From: Octopus sinensis
Lineage: Eukaryota
Direction: 5' to 3'
DNA length: 64,000 nucleotides
Assembly: GCF_006345805.1 (NCBI RefSeq)
Contig: NW_021835953.1
Location: 1-64,000, forward strand
Position 1 is the stretch's first letter, and each line of letters begins with the position of its first letter. Below are positions 1-13,005 of this stretch, one piece after another. The translations under genes were made by a program, and so were the position numbers. The notes under the pieces were generated by a model. The model was not told the DNA's origin. It saw only the letters and a program-made list of their open reading frames with translations, and searched no databases.

Positions 1-240
1 GTTATCGCCATACTAATATGGTATTTTATAAAAATAAGAAAAAAGCTGTCCGCTATTAGCTCCATGAGGCCATCGCCTTAAGTTAGCTATTTGATACACA
101 AACTGTATCCATAAACCTTAGAGAGACTTAGTATTTTAATATTTCTATTATTGAAAACCAAGTGGATGTATTTCCACCGAAACTAGGTAAATAAAACCAT
201 CGAAAGAGATTGTCGGAAGCGACACCTACTGGCTGGCTAC

Positions 241-286
241 GCTGCATTGAAAAGGGGCAATACCCCGAAACGAACGCGTCTGTAGC
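241..286 (+). ncRNA. Type I hammerhead ribozyme motif, array copy 1 (4-nt insertion in stem III)
   Basis: GCTGCA TTGAAAA GGGG-CAATA-CCCC GAAA CGAA CGCG TC TGTAGC. Confidence 0.6.
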
Positions 287-604
287 TGCCGGTCAAGTAG
301 TGTGGAGCGACTGACCTCCCTTGTTCGAAGGTTATATGGATACAGTTTGTGTATCAAATAGCTAACTTAAGGCGATGGCCTCATGGAGCTAATAAGCGGA
401 CAGCTTTTTTCTTATTTATAAGAATGCCATATTAGTAGGCGATAAATATTATTTTCCGGGACGCTGCCGCTGTTCTGTCTTTTAGAGAGACTTAGTTATT
501 TTAATATTTCTATTATTGAAAACAAGTGGATGTATTCCACCGAAACTAGGTAAATAAACCATCGAAACAGAGATTGTCGGAAGCGACACCTACTGGCTGG
601 CTAC

Positions 605-645
605 GCTGCATTGAAAAGGGGCAATACCCGAAACGCGTCTGTAGC
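605..645 (+). ncRNA. Minimal type I hammerhead ribozyme, U3-A8 core variant, array copy 2
   Basis: Stem I GCTGCA/TGTAGC (one GU pair). Core TTGAAAA. Stem II GGG(G)-CAATA-CCC. GAAA. Palindromic stem III ACGCGT. GUC cleavage triplet ending at 639. Confidence 0.8.
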
Positions 646-959
646 TGCCGGTCAAGTAGTGTGGAGCGACTGACCTCCCTAGTTCGAAGGTTATATGGAT
701 ACAGTTGTGTATCAAATAGCTAACTTAAGGCGATGGCCTCATGGAGCTAATAGCGGACAGCTTTATTCTTATTTTTATAAGAATGCATATTAGTATGGCG
801 AAACTATTATTTCCGGGAACGCTGCGCTGTTCTCTTTTAGAGAGACTTAGTTATTTTAATATTTCTATTATTGAAAACAAGTGATGTATTCCACCGAAAC
901 TAGGTAAATAAAAACCATCGAAACAGAGATTGTCGGAAGCGACACTACTGGCTGGCTAC

Positions 960-999
960 GCTGCATGAAAGGGGCAATACCCCGAAACGCGTCTGTAGC
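960..999 (+). ncRNA. Type I hammerhead ribozyme motif, array copy 3 (core two bases short)
   Basis: GCTGCA TGAAA GGGG-CAATA-CCCC GAAA CGCG TC TGTAGC. Missing bases lie in homopolymers, so they may be sequencing errors. Confidence 0.6.
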
Positions 1000-1272
1000 T
1001 GCCGGTCAAGTAGTGTGGAGCGACTGACCTCCCTTGTTCGAAGGTTAATGGATACAGTTTGTGTATCAAATAGCTAACTTAAGGCGATGGCCTCATGGAG
1101 AATAAGCGGACAGCTTATTCTTATTTTTATAAGATGCCATATTAGTATGGCGATAACTATTATTTTCCGGGAACGCTGCCGTGTTCTGTTTTAGAAGAGA
1201 CTTAGTTATTTTAATACTTCTATTATATATATATTATTATATATTATAAAATATATATATATATATAATATA

Positions 1273-1328
<56 letters not shown>

Positions 1329-3374
1329 ATGTATAGATGTCTATAGATATTATTATATAAAATATATATATATATATAGACACACACAGACACACAATAC
1401 ATGAGGAGGTCGTGCCTACTACTTCCTGATTCATTAGAAGTTTCCTTTTAACTGTTGGTAGTGTCACATTTTCATCGTCGTTTGAACAAAGCGGACGCAG
1501 AATTTTCTCAGGATAGAAAGACTTCAACCCGAATCAAAACCTAATATTCGAATTGGTAATAATTTTTCTTTTGATATATATTTGTTTAACACACAAATTA
1601 CTAAACATTTACAGCGTTAAATATTCAGTACAACTATTCAAACGTAAATATTACTGTTCATAGAAATTTGTTTTTTTTTTTCATACCAAACATTTAAATA
1701 TTTTATGGTGTTGTATTATAAGTAAAGAAACACCTCATTTCCGGAATATAATATAAAGTATAATTTGGTTGTATCTTTGTAAAATCTATTTGATGGAAAT
1801 TAACAGTCTGGAAATGTTCATCTAATGATACAATATTTTAGGTAGTTAGCACTGGATTTCTAACTCAGAGAATTTTACCATCCACGCATTTCAACTCATA
1901 AAATATAGGTCTACGTTAATATAGGGATTTCAACTCAGAAAATATAGGACTACAGTAAATACTGCAAGCCATCGCGTCCAATATCTAATTCCTGAGGACC
2001 ACCACTTCAGACTGGTATTTTTTTTCTACCAATACTTTCATAATTAAAATCAAAATTGACCGTAGCAGGATTTGAACCCAGAATACAAAGAGTCACATTA
2101 ATACCAATAACAACTCTACCAATTTTATCTCTTTTGTCTTTCAATCAATGAAATTTTTGAAATGATTTTATTTCAATTTTAATATTTGAATAATTATAAA
2201 CAGTAATATGAATCAACAATGGAGTCTCTAAAATGCAGCGCGTGGTAAACATATTAGATAATAAAGAATATGGGAAGGTGGGGGTAGTAGAACGCCTTTG
2301 GCCATAGTGTTACTGGAATAAGAATTAATTTTATGTTAAACACACAATTAAGTTTTAAAAGGTTAATAGTTTTATAGATTACATTTAAGTATTATATTTG
2401 AGAAAAATAATCTATCGTAATTTGTTAAATTTCGAAATATTATTGATGAATTCTGTGGATTTGTTCAGCAATTGAAGAGAAATGGAAATAATTATGTAGA
2501 AGTGTAGATTGTAGATGAGAAAGAAAGACATGAATAATAATTGAAGGGTGAGTGTGACGTTTGTAGATGGATATAAATTAACAGACTAAATGGTGGTGGC
2601 AGTCGAGAGATCCAAGCTATAATATGTGAGCTAGATTTTTAATCATTGAAGCGTGGCCATCCAGGAGCATTATCTTGGTATGTTCGATCGATAATATGAA
2701 CCCCAGTATTTTCTCGTGTATCTATTTGTGGAACTACTATATTCGGAAATGTAGCAGGTTTATCAGGTTATAATAACACATTTACAGCATGCTTCAATGA
2801 TGGATTTCTAAAATACATACATACATACATACACCAAGCTTGCTTGGTGGAGGAGGGTTTATTGGACACCCTGCGGATGAAAAACAAAACCCGTTAAAGG
2901 GCGGAGGAACTCTTGAGAATCAACAGCCATCCAATAAATGTGAATTATTATATATACTGTATATCTGCCGTTTTCTCACTAATTTTTATATATAGTCTAT
3001 TTTTATAGCTTGCTCATTTATAAATGTTTATATACTTCATATACATACATACATACATACATACAGACATACATGACACGAACATATATACTTTATATTT
3101 CACAGTTTGACTTGGTTTCTCAAATCATTTTATAAACAATAAAAATTGTGTCCAGGATTTCAAGTATGTTTACAAGAAGAGAATGTTTATATGTTTTAAA
3201 GAATCTCAAAAATATTGATAAATTTTGAAAGAAAGAAAATGTTTGGGATTTTTATATTTCAGGAAATTCAAAATGTGAATCAATTTTTCATGAAATTAAC
3301 AAATATAAACCTTGTCTTCTTCATATACTTTAATTTAATCTATACAATAAATCTCTGCCTTCAGCTAAAAGGTG

Positions 3375-3405
<31 letters not shown>

Positions 3406-3598
3406 ATATATAGATATATATATATATACTATATATATATATATATAATATATAGATATATATATATATGGATATATATGTATATATATATATTATAATA
3501 TATATATAATATGTATATATATAATATATATGTATGGGGGCGTGTAACGAAAATATAAGATAGAGAATTCTAAATAATTTTCAGTCTTTGAGACTGTA

Positions 3599-3885
3599 GG
3601 CGTAGGAGTGGCTGAGTGGTAAGTAGCTTGCTTACCAACCACCTGGTTTCGAGATCAGCCCCACTGTGTGGCAGCTTGGGCAAGTGTTTTCTACTATAGC
3701 CTCGGGCCAAACATGTACATATTTACGACGGGGCTTCCTTCAGTTTCCGTCTACCAGATCCACTCACAAGGCTTTGGTCGCCCGAGGCTATAGTAGAAGT
3801 CACTCGCCCAAGGTGCCACGCAGTGGGACTGAACCCGGAACCATGTGCTTGGTACGCAAACTACTTAACACATAGCCCAACCCCA
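3599..3885. mobile_element. Converging pair of tRNA-derived SINE 5' fragments (+ 3599-3708, - ~3725-3885)
   Basis: GGCGTAGGAGTGGCTGAGTGGTAAGTAGCTTGC head on +, followed by a reverse-complement SINE 5' part. Same arrangement at 27128-27415. Confidence 0.8.
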
Positions 3886-4489
3886 CCTATATTTCGAGAG
3901 TTTTCTCCGCTTACTTGCAATCGAACTTAAATCCGGCAACATAAAATTTGAAATTAATTGGGACCCCAGATACGTAGCTACCATTTAAAACTAAACTGAG
4001 GTAAGGCATTTTACATTTATTTTTAAATTTCATTTTGGAACCATTAACACTATTGAATGAACACCCTTTCATCTAAACTCTGTCTGTTCTATAAATTAAT
4101 GTACGATATTAATTATCATAAATGTGCGTGATCCAATTATGAGATCGGGAAATTAATGTTTTTGTTTTTCGTTATGAAACTTACAAGGGCGTGGCCGTTT
4201 TGTGGGGGACAGAGATGGAGGTAACACAGAGTAGGGTCTCTGTTAAGTCAGCCTGAAATTGTAGGGTTTTGTGTATATGTTTTAACAAGGGTGGATTTCT
4301 CCGCTGTGGAAACTGGGTACCATTTATTTAAGAAGAGTGGTCCTGGTGCGCGCCCTCGTTTACTCGCGCAACCGCGCTAGATATACGTGACTAGACGATC
4401 CTACAACGACTACCTAGCAAAGTAAATGAAACACAAAAACACAAAGTAATGATCGACTAGTCACGACTAACCATTCATCTATCCTTAGT

Positions 4490-4640
4490 TTCCTCATTGA
4501 CCACCAGATAAGGGATCGGGGGACCCTATCGAAGGTTTCTCCATGTCAACAAAAGCCAGGTACAGGGGCTTATCTTTGGCTTGGTATTTCTCCTGCAGCT
4601 GCCTTACCATGAATATAGCATCAGTGGTACTTTTCCTGGC
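4490..4640 (-). mobile_element. RTE-clade LINE reverse transcriptase fragment
   Basis: Translates STTDAIFMVRQLQEKYQAKDKPLYLAFVDMEK; paralogous copy at ~15750-15900. Confidence 0.85.
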
Positions 4641-4652
4641 TAGATATATATA

Positions 4653-4712
<60 letters not shown>

Positions 4713-5406
4713 CACACACACACACACACACCTCTATATATATAATATTATATTGTATGTAGGTTAGTTGTTGAATACGTTGCTGATATATTTCCACTGC
4801 TGAACGACAAGGTGAAAAGTTATAAAAACAACATATGTGTCCAGTGCCGCCATCTCAACTGCGAAAGTGCTAGAAACATTCAACGTCTGTGATCCTGGCA
4901 CTGGACAGAAATGGCGTTTTATATACTTTTACGTGAACAGAGAATTCTCACGACGCTGTAACTGCTGTAAATTTGCCTTTTAACAATTGAAATATATATT
5001 AACTAGAATAAAATTTGCATAATACTGGAAAATTTTTGATCATGAAACGGGCAATATTAATATTAATTAATAATTCACGTAATGACACGATGATGTTAAT
5101 GATAGTGATGACAACTATAATGGTAGTGGCGGGGTGGGGTGGATGTATTCAGTTTTATACTGAAAAATATAAAAATCCTTGTAAGCAATTGTTTAGAAAA
5201 AAAAAACACTTCAGATGGCCAGAATTTGTTTCGATGTGGAATAGTTATCAGCATCCACCAGTTGGGTAAAATTGGATTTGGTAGTGTCAGCAATAAGAGG
5301 GAAAAAACAAAATGAGAACTTTAACATTCCACGATCTACAATCAAACGGATGCCATCTGCACTGAGTAGTATTAGAAACACACAGACAACACATGACAAC
5401 AGACAG

Positions 5407-5450
<44 letters not shown>

Positions 5451-5594
5451 CACACATAGAGACATGATGTGTTTGCCTGTAAACTCAAGTGGTTGTTAGC
5501 AAGGATGGGGGACAATATTTGTATCACAGAAATACAGTGTTATATATTTAACAAGAAACGAACCAATGTTTTTTTCACACACTAACGTAATCTA

Positions 5595-5637
<43 letters not shown>

Positions 5638-5855
5638 ATCTATCTATCTTCTATCTATCTATCTATCTATTATCCATCTCTCTCTCTCTCCTCTCTCTAT
5701 ATCTCTATATATATATATATATATATTATATATTATATATATATATATATACCGGAGTAAAAACATAAAATGTGAAACAAGGTGGAAAAAAGAGTACTCA
5801 AATATCAGTGGTAGAGTAATATGCTTTATTTAAGCAGCAGAAAATTCAACAAAAT

Positions 5856-5895
5856 CTGTTTACTCTTGAGTTTCTCGTTGCCGTTCATCAGACAG
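5856..5895 (-). ncRNA. Type I hammerhead ribozyme motif in left pLTR arm
   Basis: Minus strand CTGT CTGATGA A-CG-GCAA-CG-A GAAA CTC-AA-GAG TA AACAG. The stem II closing pair is mismatched. Confidence 0.6.
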
Positions 5896-8800
5896 TTTTT
5901 GCTAGAATGGAACCGATATATCAATTCAATCTAGACTCTTACAAACGCTACACCTTTAAAAAAATGGACTTGTTTTGATTGGCCCTTTAGAAAAAACGGT
6001 CAATCTTCGAGCGATAAACAAAAAGGTCAAAAATATATGTATATATATATATATATAAAAAACTTATAAAAATTATAAAATACGAGGAAAAAAAAAAACC
6101 TTAATTGAATAAAATACATATGACGTTAATGAAGAAAGTGCAATTAATGCATAGAAATTAAACCTGTTATAAATATTACACTGCAATACATATTTATATT
6201 AAAATATACAATATATATCAACATACACAAAATTATGCGTGCAAACGCCATACATATACAGAAGTATGAATATAAATCTAAATATACACATAAAAGCATG
6301 TGTACATATATTCACGCAAAACCATCTCGCACGCAAGTTAAAAAAGATCTATGTAGCGATTCTCATATACTGAGTAAGGGGGGGAACGAAAGAAAGGGAG
6401 AGAGAGAGAAAGGAACGAAGGAGGTGTAGGAAAAAAAACGAAATAAGAAAAATTATATGTATACAAGCAGTGTAACGGCATTATTGGCATATATGGAGAC
6501 AAGTATACATACATAAGTTGAATGGATACAGTCGTGTATATGTGTGCTTAAGCACCAAACATACTTTCACTTACACATACACAGATACGCATGCTTACAA
6601 ATACATATGCTTTGCTCTTTTTTTTTAAAAAATGGGTGCATTAATAAATAATAATACGAAAGACATATAAAATAAAATAACTCCTATTTTGGGTCATTTA
6701 TAAATAATTAAGGTAATATAAATAATCAAGGTAATCCTATATAATACAATAACATGAAACAAAGTTGGAGGTTTTTCCTAATATTATATGTAGAAACATA
6801 AGACTTTGCTATACGGATTAAGATCCGCATAGCTTTGAAACAAAATCCATCGTAGCGCTCATCGTTCAAGAGTCAAAATCAAAATCAAAAATACAAAATA
6901 TATACTCTATCCATATGGTATATTTATATTCGACATTTTAAATTTAGCCGCCGTGCCTACATAAGTTCATTAGCTCGCTTCTTTGATTCAAAGAATTATT
7001 GTCTTTGAATAAGATGTACATTTTTCTAATAGAGAAAGCTTGCACTTGAATAAATATTTTTGTATGCTCCATGCCTGTATGGTGCCGCCCTGTCCAGAAT
7101 GCTCCATGTCACGTTGAAAGGTGGGTCCTTTCTTTTAGTTCCCAGACATATTTTGCTAGGCTGGTTTTCTTCCTATTCTCTGGGTATTTAAATGAATTTT
7201 TATGAGAATAAAATCTTGTTTTAAATGAATTTATGAAGCCCCTGTGTATGTTTGTATTCCGATGAGCCTTCCACTTGCACCTTGGCTCTATAAACTACTC
7301 CTTTCACCAGACATTTCCCTTCTAACGGACAGGAGCTTTCGTTTTTGAAATTACATTCTTAATTGTCTCGGCACCATGTCTAATCTCAATTAGCTTCCTA
7401 TTATGTTGGCTAATGTAAGAGGCGAATTTCTGCAACAAGAATAGCTAACCTTCAGGGTTCTTCTGTTAAATATCCTATAGGAATTTATGACCCTGCTTAA
7501 AATGCTTAGAGACTAATCTCAAAAATTCCTACCTAGATTAGTCTTTACGGCCAAATTGAAAGCCGGGTTGAACCACAAAACTTCCTGGTTCTAGTTCTTC
7601 GTGCAGCATATTATCAGCATTAAGCTGGTTGAACTGGATCTTCTCAGAGAACCACTATTCTCTAATGCGCTATCGTAATAAGGTGCAGCATTATGGAATG
7701 CTGCTCGTCCGAAGAAATTGAAGATATTCTTCTACCTACATTGCTGACTAAATTCCTAAGGATAACTGGTGGATGGTTCGAATCTTTGCTAATATACGAC
7801 AGCTTTCATTGGGCTTACGAAAGGTTTAAATATATCGATCCTACATTAAAATTTACGTCTAAAAAATCTACACTATTCAGGTTAGCATCTATCGTAACCC
7901 GTAAGCCATCCTTTGAAAGAAAGCTATGAGGTCCTTCCTAAGTCTATCTGTATTGATTCATGGCCGTTTAGATTATGCGTGGCTATAAGGCACGCGGCTA
8001 AATTTAAAATGTCGAATATAAAATAACCATATGGATAGAGTATATATTTTGTATTTTTGATTTTGATTTGACTCTTGAACGATGAGCGCTACGATGGATT
8101 TTGTTTCCAAGCTATGCGGATCTTAATCCGTATGCAAAGTCTTATGTTTCTACATATAGATGGGAAAAAAACCTCCAACTTTGTTTCATGTTATTGTATT
8201 ATATAGGATTACCTTGATTATTTATATTACCTTAATTATTTATAAATGACCCAAAATAGGATGGTATATTTTATTTTATATGTCTTTCGTATATATTTTT
8301 ATTAATGCACCCATTTTTAAAAAAAAAAAACAATGTTTTTTTTAAAAAAAAAAGCAATGTTGTCAAAATTAGAATGTTGATATAAGTATGTGCATAGCAA
8401 AAGCATATGTATTTGTAAGCATGCGTATTGTGCATGTAATGTGTAAGTGAAAGATGTTTGTGCTTAAGCACACCTATACACATGTATCCATTCAAACTTA
8501 TGTATGTATACTTGTCTCCATATATGCCAATAATGCCGTTACACTGCTTGTATGCATAATTTTTTCTTATTTCGTTTTTTTCCCTACACCTCCTTGTTCC
8601 TTTTTCTCTTCTCCCTTTCTTTCGTTCCCCCCCTTACTCAGTATATGAGAATCGCTATATAGATCTTTTTTAACTTGCGTGCGAGATGGGTTTGCGTGAA
8701 TATATGTACACATGTTTATGTGTAATTTTAGATTATATTCATACGTCTGTTATGTATGGCGTTTGCACGCATAATTTGTGTATGTTTATTATATATATAT

Positions 8801-9111
8801 GTAGATTTAATATAAATATGTATTGCAGTGTAATATTATAACAGGTTTAATTTCTATGCATTAATTTGCACCCTTTCTTCATTAACGTCAATATGTATTT
8901 TATTCAATGTAAGGTTTTTTCCTCGGATTTATAATTTTATAAGTTTTTTATATATATATATATATACATATATTTTTGACCTTTTGTTTATCGCTCGAAG
9001 ATTGACCGTTTTTCTAAAGGGCCAATCAAACAAGTCCATTTTTTTAAAGGTGTTGCGTTTGTTTGTAAGAGTCTAGATTGAATTGATATATCGGTTCCAT
9101 TCTAGCAAAAA

Positions 9112-9149
9112 CTGTCTGATGAACGGCAACGAGAAACTCAGAGTAACAG
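9112..9149 (+). ncRNA. Type I hammerhead ribozyme motif in right pLTR arm
   Basis: CTGT CTGATGA A-CG-GCAA-CG-A GAAA CTC-A-GAG TA ACAG. Stem I CTGT/ACAG, GUA triplet. Confidence 0.65.
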
Positions 9150-9858
9150 ATTTTGTTGAATTTTCTGCTGCTTAAAATAAAGTACATATATATATATATA
9201 TGTATGAATATATATATTTTCATGTATATATATTTTTACATGTTTATATATGAATATTGAAATATCGATATATAGAAAGATATACACAAATACATAAAAC
9301 TATATATGCATTATGCATATACGGGATTGTGAAGCTGCTATTTCTGTTTGGTTTAACGATATCAAATATCTCCATTCTTTGTCTTGCTCGACAAAACTTT
9401 CTTAAAGTATGTTTAATATGCAGTGAATTGTGCAAATTGCAGAGCAGACACTATAAGACAGGTAAAAGAAAACTCATGTGAGAAGAAGATATGTGAAATA
9501 ATAGGCTGAGAAAGCTTCTACAGATATAAATAATAATCAAATTTATAGAGTTTGAAACTAAACATAAAATCAAATAATTACTGCTAATTCGAAGTATAAT
9601 AAAGAGATAATTACATGTTTGTGCTGAAAGAGAATCCTGTAATTGCCTTAATTAGCCAACATTGTGTTGTATTTAATAAATACCAGCTATCCCTTATTGT
9701 CTCGGGATTTCGCTTTCTCTCACTTTTTATCAAAACATACATACACACAACTATATACATGTACGTGTGTGTGCCTATATGCATAACACACACACACACT
9801 CACACACCACACACACACACACAACACACACACATATATATATAATATATATATACTA

Positions 9859-9904
<46 letters not shown>

Positions 9905-10239
9905 ATATATTATATATTTTATATATATATGTATATATGTGTATTATGAATAGATGAGTGTAGTTTACCTTGTTAACAATTAACACGGAAAACTTAAGTA
10001 AATAGTTACCAGGGTAGCAAAAATCTCACAAGTAAATCGCTATACAAATCCCTCATTTTTTGCTAAAATGTCTGAATGACGAGTTTCGTTTTTTCACTTT
10101 CCTGAAGAGAAGATTGCATTGTTTATACCATTTATTCTTTTGAAAAGTATCAGTGGAATTTTCGAAACATGTGTCGAAAGTAAAAATATTTGATTTACAC
10201 CTGCGTTAAACTCCATTTATTTATTCATATATATATATG

Positions 10240-10291
<52 letters not shown>

Positions 10292-10370
10292 GAGAGATAT
10301 AAGATAGAATTAGCGAGAGAGAGAGATAGAAATAGCGAGAGAGAGGGAGAGAGAGAGAGAGACGAGAGAT

Positions 10371-10408
<38 letters not shown>

Positions 10409-11072
10409 GGAGGAGAGAGGGAGAGAGCGAGGCAAGGTGACATAGAATTACTCATATATTTATGTGAGAGGTATATATGTATGCGTGTGTGTATGTATGT
10501 ATATGATAGAATCGTTATAGGGTGTGAAGTCCTCACAGAAATAGGGAAGGAGCGAGAAGAGAGAGAAGAAGGGGAGGGGGGCGAATTACATTGGAAAAGA
10601 TGCTTTCTAAACAAAGATTGTAAATATTAGAAAATTTGAAATGAAAGAAAAGTATTTTATATCCATTTCATTTGAAGAAGAATACAAATATTTTAACAAA
10701 TCACTCTGAACATTTTCAGCCTCCATAACAAAGATATGTACCTCTTTTAAAGATAATAAAATATAATACATTGAAAGATATAAACCCGTGTGACTATTTG
10801 TAACAAAATATTTTAGCATCTACAAACAACAGCAAACACATATTTAATATAATCAATCTGACTCTAATCAACAAGATTCTTCTTACATCTTTTTTGCCGT
10901 TGACATTGTCGTCATCGTCAACATCATCATCATCATCATCATCATCATAATTAAGGTGGCGGGCTGACAGAATACATACATATATACATATATGTATGTA
11001 TGTATATATATGCATGTATGTATATATATATATATGTATATATATGTATAAATGCATACACCCATACAAATA

Positions 11073-11105
<33 letters not shown>

Positions 11106-11129
11106 CTATCTATCTATCTATCTATCGAA

Positions 11130-11160
<31 letters not shown>

Positions 11161-11258
11161 GTATCTATCATCTATCTATGTATCTATATCTATGTATCTA
11201 TCTATCTATCATCATCTATCTATCTATCTATATATATATCTATCTATATATCTATCTA

Positions 11259-11328
<70 letters not shown>

Positions 11329-11426
11329 GTATGTATGTATATGTAGGTCCGGGTTGAGTCGGGGTTAACCACAGTAAATAAGGTACTCGATACATAGCAG
11401 AGTAAAGTAAGTTATTTTATAGAAGG

Positions 11427-11477
11427 AGCTTCTACAGGACTAGAACTGTTTCATTCAGATGAAATCTTCAGGAAGCT
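11427..11477 (-). ncRNA. Type I hammerhead ribozyme motif at PLE 3' end
   Basis: Minus strand AGCTTC CTGAAGA T-TTCA-TC-TGAA-T GAAA CAG-TTCTAGTC-CTG TA GAAGCT. 6-bp stem I, GUA triplet. Confidence 0.75.
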
Positions 11478-11769
11478 GGCTGTCAAAATAAGTTCTGGTA
11501 TTTATGCATATAGGCAGATTTAATGGAGTGGTGGTGGGGGACGTTTTTTGGGGAGGTTGGTATTTAGGAGATAAACAGGTCACAAGCTATTGTTCTTAGG
11601 GGAGTGGTCACAAGGCCAGAGTGTTTTTTGAAATGAGAGGAATCAGTGAGAAAATAAATAAATGAATAAATAGAATAAATGAATAGAAACAGATATATGG
11701 GATGGGATTTTAGGTAAATTAGAAGACAATTGCTTTTTGGTGGTCAAGAAGAGGTAGGCAGTTTGTTAT

Positions 11770-11903
11770 TGTTAGGTGGAGGGAATAAATAGATAAATAT
11801 ACATGAAAAAACATATAAAATAAATATACATACAAACACACATACATACACGTGCGAATATACATATGTATACATACATACGCACATATATATACATACA
11901 TAC

Positions 11904-11936
<33 letters not shown>

Positions 11937-12798
11937 CATACACACACACACATATATATATATATATACATATATACATATACAAATACATACATACACC
12001 TACATACACACACGCACGCACACACACACACATATATATATATATACACATACAAATACACATAAGTATACATACATAAATATACCTATGCACATATAAA
12101 CATATAGATAATTATGCATATATAAACACATACATAAATATACATATGTACACACAAACACACACATAAATATATACACGCATATATAAACAAATATGCA
12201 CATATAAAAAAAACATATGCGTATATAAATATATATACGCATATATAAGTATATATACGCATATAAATACATATATGCATATATAAATACACACATACAT
12301 ATACATACATACATACACACATATACATACATGCACATACATATACATACATACACGTACATACATATACATATCTACACATATACACATATACATATAC
12401 CCATACATAAATCTACATGTCCATATATATATATACATACATCCATACACAAATATACATGCATACACACATACATTTATATACAAATACACATGTATAT
12501 ATAAATACATATACGCATACACAAATATACACATGTATATACACATACATACACATACACACACATATATATATACATAAATACACACATGCATATATAT
12601 ATACACACATACACATATACATACACATATACATACATACACACATATATAAAACCCATATATGCATATATATATATATACATACATAAACATATACACA
12701 TGTATATACATACATATAAATATATACTCATGTACACACATACATACATAATACATACACACACATATAAACATATGTACATATATATATACATATAC

Positions 12799-12831
<33 letters not shown>

Positions 12832-13005
12832 GATATATATATATATATATATACACGCGTATACATACACATGCATATGTATACACATACACACATATAC
12901 ACGCATACACATACGTATGTACATATACACATGCACACATACATATATATGCACTTATATACATATATGTGTATATATACATATGTATATATATATATGT
13001 ATATA
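11770..13005. repeat. Compound (TA/CA/TACA) microsatellite within the PLE 3' UTR
   Basis: Visible simple repeat; source of many spurious YIYI/CVCV ORFs. Confidence 0.95.

Larger units (their letters stand above)
1..1225 (+). repeat. Tandem array of ~355-365 bp units (starts ~121, 485, 840, partial 1195), preceded by an inverted partial unit (1-118); PLE pseudo-LTR / retrozyme-like
   Basis: GAGAGACTTAG(T)TATTTTAATATTTC recurs at ~121, 485, 840, 1195. 1-118 is the reverse complement of ~328-445. Each full unit holds a hammerhead motif. The array ends in a (TA)n tract. Confidence 0.9.
5753..9185 (-). mobile_element. 5'-truncated Penelope-like element with ~1.1-kb inverted pseudo-LTR arms (~5826-6962 / ~7990-9182) around a degenerate RT C-terminus + GIY-YIG fragment
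   Basis: The arms are reverse complements. The minus strand of the spacer gives AAPYYDSAL, CPLEGKCLVKGVVYRAKV, YTG, FKTRFYSHKNSF, TSLAKYVWELK with frameshifts. The element is absent from duplicate copy 2 (empty (TA)n site ~17131-17160). Confidence 0.85.
1385..11330. repeat. Segmental duplication, copy 1
   Basis: ~1385-4480 matches 25340-27990. ~3793-5590 and ~9205-11330 match 15073-19750, collinear, with substitutions and copy-specific insertions. Confidence 0.9.

Noticed and set aside
121-1225. CRISPR-like array
   Set aside because: Whole units are repeated with no unique spacers; eukaryotic context, no cas genes.
1237-1527. ORF MKSFYPEKILRPLC... repeated at 25211-25480 as a host exon
   Set aside because: Non-ATG start, upstream in-frame stop after the nearest acceptor, and it runs into microsatellite.
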